In this document: positions 59,653-64,000 of the stretch, piece by piece
How positions within the stretch are numbered: the first letter of the stretch is position 1
How the letters are laid out: the number at the start of each line of letters is the position of its first letter
NCBI GenBank assembly: GCA_035292885.1
Contig: DATDPG010000164.1
Coordinates: forward strand, 1,386-65,385
Reading direction: 5' to 3'
DNA from: Bdellovibrionota bacterium
GTDB taxonomy: Bacteria > Bdellovibrionota_G > JALEGL01 > DATDPG01
Length of the DNA stretch: 64,000 nucleotides
The notes under the pieces: model-generated
What the model was told of the DNA's origin: nothing
The model's database searches: none
What the model saw: the letters and a program-made list of their open reading frames with translations, nothing else
Position numbers and translations under genes: made by a program

Positions 59653-60423
59653 TCATAGCTCCGCCGAAGGACAGAGGGAAGCGAGTTTACATTCAGGGCA
59701 CTTTGGCCGAATCGCCTTGCACAATCTCCGCCCATGCCATATGAGACGATGCGAGAACATCGTCCACTCTTCCCGCGGCACAAACCGCATCAAATCCTGC
59801 TCCACCTTTTCCGGATCGTTGTGTTTCGTTAGACCCAGCCTTCGCGCGATTCGCCCCACGTGCGTATCGACGACGACACCGTCATTCTTTCCAAACGCCG
59901 TTCCCAAAACGACGTTAGCGGTCTTCCTTCCTACTCCGGGCAACCTTACCAACTCATCCATGGTGTCGGGCACCCGCCCCCCATAGTCATCCGCTATTTT
60001 TTCGCTGGTTCCCTGAATCGACTTTGCCTTGCTTCGAAAAAACCCCGTCGAACGAATCAGATCCTCCAGTTCCTCCCGCGGAACGGAAGCAAAGTCGCGG
60101 GCCGTTTTAAATCGCCGGAACAGCTCCGGCGTGACCTTATTCACCCGTTCATCCGTGCATTGTGCGGATAAAATCGTAGAGACCAGAAGCTGCAGCGGAT
60201 TCTCATGCGTCAGCGCGCACTCCACATCCGGATACATTTCCTTTATCAATCTCAAAATTTCCTCAAGATTCGGACCACGACGAACACGCCCAACCCGAGA
60301 ACTGCGCGCGGGCGAGGCCGGAGTGAACTTTCGTCGACCTGTCCTTTTCTGGAGACGAAAGGCACTCCGGCCTCGCTGTGCAAGGCTTTCGACTTTCTGT
60401 TTAGTGCGTGCGGGTTTGGGCAA
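59653..60423 (-). CDS. nth: endonuclease III (HhH-GPD plus 4Fe-4S)
   Basis: LVRLPGVGRKTANVV HhH. C-terminal CPECKLASLCP cluster. The N-terminal Arg-rich ~50 aa and the exact start are uncertain (non-ATG start; a strong hairpin lies at 60312-60377). Confidence 0.8.
   Translation of the reverse strand: MPKPARTKQKVESLAQRGRSAFRLQKRTGRRKFTPASPARSSRVGRVRRGPNLEEILRLIKEMYPDVECALTHENPLQLLVSTILSAQCTDERVNKVTPELFRRFKTARDFASVPREELEDLIRSTGFFRSKAKSIQGTSEKIADDYGGRVPDTMDELVRLPGVGRKTANVVLGTAFGKNDGVVVDTHVGRIARRLGLTKHNDPEKVEQDLMRFVPREEWTMFSHRLIWHGRRLCKAIRPKCPECKLASLCPSAEL
60312..60377 (-). terminator. strong GC-rich hairpin at the polX/nth junction (attenuator/terminator or intra-coding structure)
   Basis: gcgaggccggagtgaactttcgtc / gacgaaaggcactccggcctcgc, ~22-bp stem, 17-nt loop. 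Confidence 0.4.
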
Positions 60424-62134
60424 GTGCCTTCTCCATGGCTGCCACCGGCAACGTATTAAACACGTCGCGCTTCGTCAGCCCCCCTTTGCGAGCCATATTG
60501 ATCCCGAATCGAATGTCCGAAAGCCCCTTCGTATCGTGCGCATCGGGATCGATCGCCAAACGAACCCTTTTTTCCTTCGCGTATCCGACGACGCGCCAAT
60601 CCAGATCGAGCCGATACGGATTGGCGTTCAATTCGACGATTTTCCCCAAATTAGCGGCGCGATCGATGATGGCGTGCAAATCAATCTTGAACGCCTCCCG
60701 ATTCAATAAAAGGCGCCCTGTCGGATGCCCCAAGATGGTGCAATAGGGATTCTCCAAGGCCCTAACGCAACGTTTCGTCATCTCTTCTTCCGGCATATTG
60801 AAGCTGGCGTGCACCGATCCAATGACGAAATCGAAGTTCTTTAACACACGGTCCGGATAATCCAGAGAACCGTCCGGAAGGATATCCGACTCCACTCCTC
60901 GGAAGATCCGAAGCTTGGGATACTTTTTCTGAAGGTGATCGAGCTCTGTGAACTGCCGATCGATATCGGCCTCTTTCAGCCCGCCGGCGTAAAAGGCGGT
61001 TTGGCTGTGCTCGGAGATTCCGATGTACTCAATATCCATCTCGGCCGCCGCGGCCACCATCTCGGCTAATGTGTTGCGCCCGTCGCTGTATGTGGAATGG
61101 ACGTGAAAAAAACCGCGGAGGTCCCCCAATTCGATCAATTCCGGAATCTTCCCTCTTTCCGCCGCTTCAATCTCGCCGTTATCCTCTCGAAGCTCGGGAG
61201 GAATGTACGCAAGCCCCAGCGCTTTGAAGATCGCCGCTTCGTCATTGCACGGAACCAGTTTCTCCCCTTTGAAGAGGCCGTACTCGTTCATCTTAAAACC
61301 CGTCTCCTTCGCCCGTGTCCGCATCGCCGTGTTGTGTTCCTTGCTTCCCGTGAAATGGTGGAGAGCGTACGGGAACTCTTTATCCGTAACGACGCGAAGG
61401 TCGCACTGAAGTCCCTTCCCCAGAATCACGCTGGACTTTGTTTCTCCATGCGCCAGCACCTGAACAACGCCCGGCATTGCAACGAACTTGTCCATCACGG
61501 CCTGCGGCTTCGTCGACGCCGCCACGATGTCGACATCTTTGACCATTTCCTTTCCACGTCGGAGACTCCCGCCCAAAGATACCCGCTCGATCTCTTTCCA
61601 TTTTTTCATCTTGTGCAGAATTCCTTCGGCGGTATCAATGACGTCGCCGTAGAGATAGCGACCGGATGCGGTATGGAGAAATTCAATCCCTTTCAAGACT
61701 TTCTCCTGCGTCTTCTGGCCGAATCCGGCGAGCTTTAACAGCCGATTCTCCCTGCATGCCTTTTCCAGTTGTTCGAGCGACTCGATGCCAAGCTCTTCGT
61801 AGAGAACTTTCACTTTCTTGGGTCCGAGTCCCTGGACCTTCAAGAGATCAAAAAGTGTTTCGGGGAACTCCTTTCGGAGCTTTTCCAGATACACAAGCTT
61901 TCCGGTCTGGGCCAACTCCGTGATCTTTTCCTTTAACGCCGCGCCGATCCCCTTCATTTCCCAAAGTCGACCGGAGCTCATCAGCGATCCGAGGTCCCCG
62001 TCCACGGATTCAAGCGTTCGGGCGCCTGCGGAATAAGCTCTGACTTTGAAAGGGTTTTCCCCTTTGAGTTCCAGGAGAACGGCGATTTCCTCGAGGGCCT
62101 CCGCGACCTGATGCCGATCCGCCTGAAGGTTCAC
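60401..62134 (-). CDS. polX: DNA polymerase X family protein with C-terminal PHP domain
   Basis: GTG start overlapping the queC stop (GTGA). PolX palm/HhH regions and PHP motif FFHVHSTYSDG. Confidence 0.85.
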   Translation of the reverse strand: MNLQADRHQVAEALEEIAVLLELKGENPFKVRAYSAGARTLESVDGDLGSLMSSGRLWEMKGIGAALKEKITELAQTGKLVYLEKLRKEFPETLFDLLKVQGLGPKKVKVLYEELGIESLEQLEKACRENRLLKLAGFGQKTQEKVLKGIEFLHTASGRYLYGDVIDTAEGILHKMKKWKEIERVSLGGSLRRGKEMVKDVDIVAASTKPQAVMDKFVAMPGVVQVLAHGETKSSVILGKGLQCDLRVVTDKEFPYALHHFTGSKEHNTAMRTRAKETGFKMNEYGLFKGEKLVPCNDEAAIFKALGLAYIPPELREDNGEIEAAERGKIPELIELGDLRGFFHVHSTYSDGRNTLAEMVAAAAEMDIEYIGISEHSQTAFYAGGLKEADIDRQFTELDHLQKKYPKLRIFRGVESDILPDGSLDYPDRVLKNFDFVIGSVHASFNMPEEEMTKRCVRALENPYCTILGHPTGRLLLNREAFKIDLHAIIDRAANLGKIVELNANPYRLDLDWRVVGYAKEKRVRLAIDPDAHDTKGLSDIRFGINMARKGGLTKRDVFNTLPVAAMEKALAQTRTH

Positions 62135-62826
62135 GGCGCCGTCGCCACTCTTAGCCGAACTGCCGCTCCGTAATCGGTCGGGTCGATGATTCCGGCCTGC
62201 TGAAACGCCTTTTGACGTTCCGCGCACTTGTTGCACTTACCACAATGGCGTCCTCCGCGAGGCTGAAGGCAGGAGAGCGTTAAATGAATCGGCCAGCGGC
62301 GGCCGCGAAGAATCACATCCGATTTCGAATACTGGCGATACGGCGCGTGGATCTCGATCGGGCGCCCCAAGGCCATGGAGACCGTACGCGCCATCTGTTC
62401 CAGGAATTTTTCGCTCGCGTCCGGGAAGGGATTCCCCCGCAACAAACCCACGAATATTTGATCGATTCCGGTGAGGGAGCAGAACGTAGCCGCGTGGGAC
62501 AAAAGCAAAAGGTTTCGGCCGGGAAGATAGACCTCCGGATCCGGGTCTTGGAATTTGGGAACCCGGGCGCCGTTGACGCTCCAATGATCGTCGCCGTACA
62601 TCTGAGCCGCTCCGAGAGTGAGTTCGGCAATCGGAGTCAGGGACGGCTCCGCCAACGAAGCCACAAAGCGTCTCAAGGCCCGAAGCTCCGCTTCCTCCCA
62701 CAAAAGCCCGCTTCGAATAAAGATCGGAGTCACCTGCGGCCAGATCTCGGCACATTCCGCCAGCAGTACGGCGCTGTCCAGACCTCCGCTCACCAGGACG
62801 GCGGCATTTCGTTTGTGCGCGGACAT
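62131..62826 (-). CDS. queC: 7-cyano-7-deazaguanine synthase
   Basis: VLVSGGLDS PP-loop. C-terminal Zn Cys cluster (CLQPRGGRHCGKCNKC). Confidence 0.9.
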   Translation of the reverse strand: MSAHKRNAAVLVSGGLDSAVLLAECAEIWPQVTPIFIRSGLLWEEAELRALRRFVASLAEPSLTPIAELTLGAAQMYGDDHWSVNGARVPKFQDPDPEVYLPGRNLLLLSHAATFCSLTGIDQIFVGLLRGNPFPDASEKFLEQMARTVSMALGRPIEIHAPYRQYSKSDVILRGRRWPIHLTLSCLQPRGGRHCGKCNKCAERQKAFQQAGIIDPTDYGAAVRLRVATAP

Positions 62827-62910
62827 TCGGCCGCTTTTTACCTCCGTTACCGAAAGAGGTCTACGGTTCAGATTTGACCGTTCCGCCTCCCCTCCGTATC
62901 GTCCGGCCGA

Positions 62911-63645
62911 ATGAATCTAAAGAAGCAGGTCGCTCTCATCACCGGAGGCGCCCGGCGGGTCGGCCGGGAAATTGCTCTGGCCCTGGCCGAACGGGGTTGC
63001 CATGTGGCGATCAGCTACCGGACGTCCAATTCCGAAGCGAATTCCACGGTGGACGATCTTCGGGAATTCGGCGTCAAGGCCCTCGCCATGAAGGCCGACG
63101 TGTCGAATAAATCGGACGTGAACCGAATGCGCGCCGACGTCGAAAAAACGATCGGGCCGGTAACGGTTTTGGTCAACAACGCGGCCATCTTTGAGAGGAC
63201 CCCATGGCCCGGTATTTCGGAAGAAAGCTGGGACCGCCATATCGACGCCAATTTGAAAGGACCGTTCCTTTGCGCGCAGGCGTTCGGACCCGGGATGGTG
63301 GAACGCAAGCTCGGAAAGATCATCAACATCGTCGATTGGGCCGCAGAACGACCCTATACAGGCTATATCCCGTACTGCGTTTCTAAAGCGGGGCTCATTT
63401 GCCTGACCAAAGCGTTGGCCAAGACCTTGGCGCCGCACGTTCAGGTGAACGCCGTAGGGCCCGGGCCGGTCATGCTGCCCGAAGATATGCCGAAGGAAGA
63501 GCGCGACGCGGTCTTGAAAGCCATTCCTCTGAAACGAGAAGGATCGCCGCGGGATGTGGCGAACGCCGTTCTTTTTCTCGTTGAGGGAACTGATTTCGCG
63601 ACAGGGTCTGTGGTTTACGTCGACGGCGGAAGGTTGATCGCATGA
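62911..63645 (+). CDS. SDR-family oxidoreductase (pteridine-reductase / FolM-like)
   Basis: TGGARRVGREIA cofactor motif, YxxxK (YCVSK), 244 aa. Stop overlaps the queD ATG. Confidence 0.85.
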   Translation: MNLKKQVALITGGARRVGREIALALAERGCHVAISYRTSNSEANSTVDDLREFGVKALAMKADVSNKSDVNRMRADVEKTIGPVTVLVNNAAIFERTPWPGISEESWDRHIDANLKGPFLCAQAFGPGMVERKLGKIINIVDWAAERPYTGYIPYCVSKAGLICLTKALAKTLAPHVQVNAVGPGPVMLPEDMPKEERDAVLKAIPLKREGSPRDVANAVLFLVEGTDFATGSVVYVDGGRLIA

Positions 63646-64000
63646 GCTACCGGGTCACGCAGCAAATTCATTTCTGTTACGGCCACCGTCTGCTCGATTA
63701 CGAGGGGAAATGCGCGCATCCGCACGGGCATAACGGCCTTGCCGAAGTCTCGTTCGAATCCGACAAGCTCGATCGCCGCGGAATGGTCCTCGACTTCACC
63801 GATATCAAACGTTTGCTCAAGAGTTGGATCGACGACACGATGGATCATCGGATGCTTTTGCGAAAAGACGACCCCCTGATCCCGTTGCTCGAAAAATTGG
63901 GAGAACCGGTTTACAAAATCGACGTGAATCCTACGGCGGAGAACATCGCGCGGGAAATTTTTGTGCACGCTCGCGAAAGAGGACTCCCGGTCGTCGAAGT
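63642..64000 (+). CDS. queD: 6-carboxy-5,6,7,8-tetrahydropterin synthase (3' end outside window)
   Basis: MSYRVTQQIHFCYGHRLLDYEGKCAHPHGHNG (Cx3HGH QueD motif). ORF runs off the window end. Confidence 0.85.
   Translation, partial: MSYRVTQQIHFCYGHRLLDYEGKCAHPHGHNGLAEVSFESDKLDRRGMVLDFTDIKRLLKSWIDDTMDHRMLLRKDDPLIPLLEKLGEPVYKIDVNPTAENIAREIFVHARERGLPVVE

Overview
This is a GC-rich (roughly 58-60%) bacterial chromosomal segment dense with housekeeping and metabolic genes. These include ispH, a cystathionine beta-synthase/gamma-lyase pair, xseB-ispA-tlyA, nadA, citrate synthase, a fatty-acid/butyrate beta-oxidation set (acyl-CoA dehydrogenase, hbd, thiolase, crotonase, ALDH), a nth-polX-queC-SDR-queD cluster, an FHA/sigma-54 regulator and a Hanks kinase. 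The accessory content is rich. (1) A tightly coupled 8-gene operon at 35.5-42.3 kb encodes a truncated complex-I-like module (NuoB-NuoD fusion, NuoG, NuoI) with a 2Fe-2S ferredoxin, a small conserved protein, two novel membrane proteins and a variant MBL-fold protein, and no NuoEF or membrane-arm genes. (2) The ORF track misses a tRNA-Sec (selC-like, anticodon UCA) at 22143-22239 (-); beside it lies a 5-kb island of type II/VII toxin-antitoxin modules (two MntA/HepT pairs, an NTase-fold protein, a HepT remnant, a Phd antitoxin) and a Ca-binding-repeat lipoprotein. (3) Two separate cargo segments (a 663-aa phosphatase-like gene, and a 3.7-kb segment with a 907-aa secreted protein carrying a unique Cys/Lys 11-residue ladder) are each flanked by direct repeats that copy the 3' end of the adjacent metabolic gene (hbd, MDR oxidoreductase), suggesting site-specific insertions. 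Other features include a 170-bp intergenic inverted-repeat element between xseB and ispA, additional HicAB, RelE/RHH and orphan Phd modules, a structured leader upstream of the transsulfuration operon, and divergent genes with overlapping start codons. No rRNA, CRISPR array, transposase or integrase was recognised.
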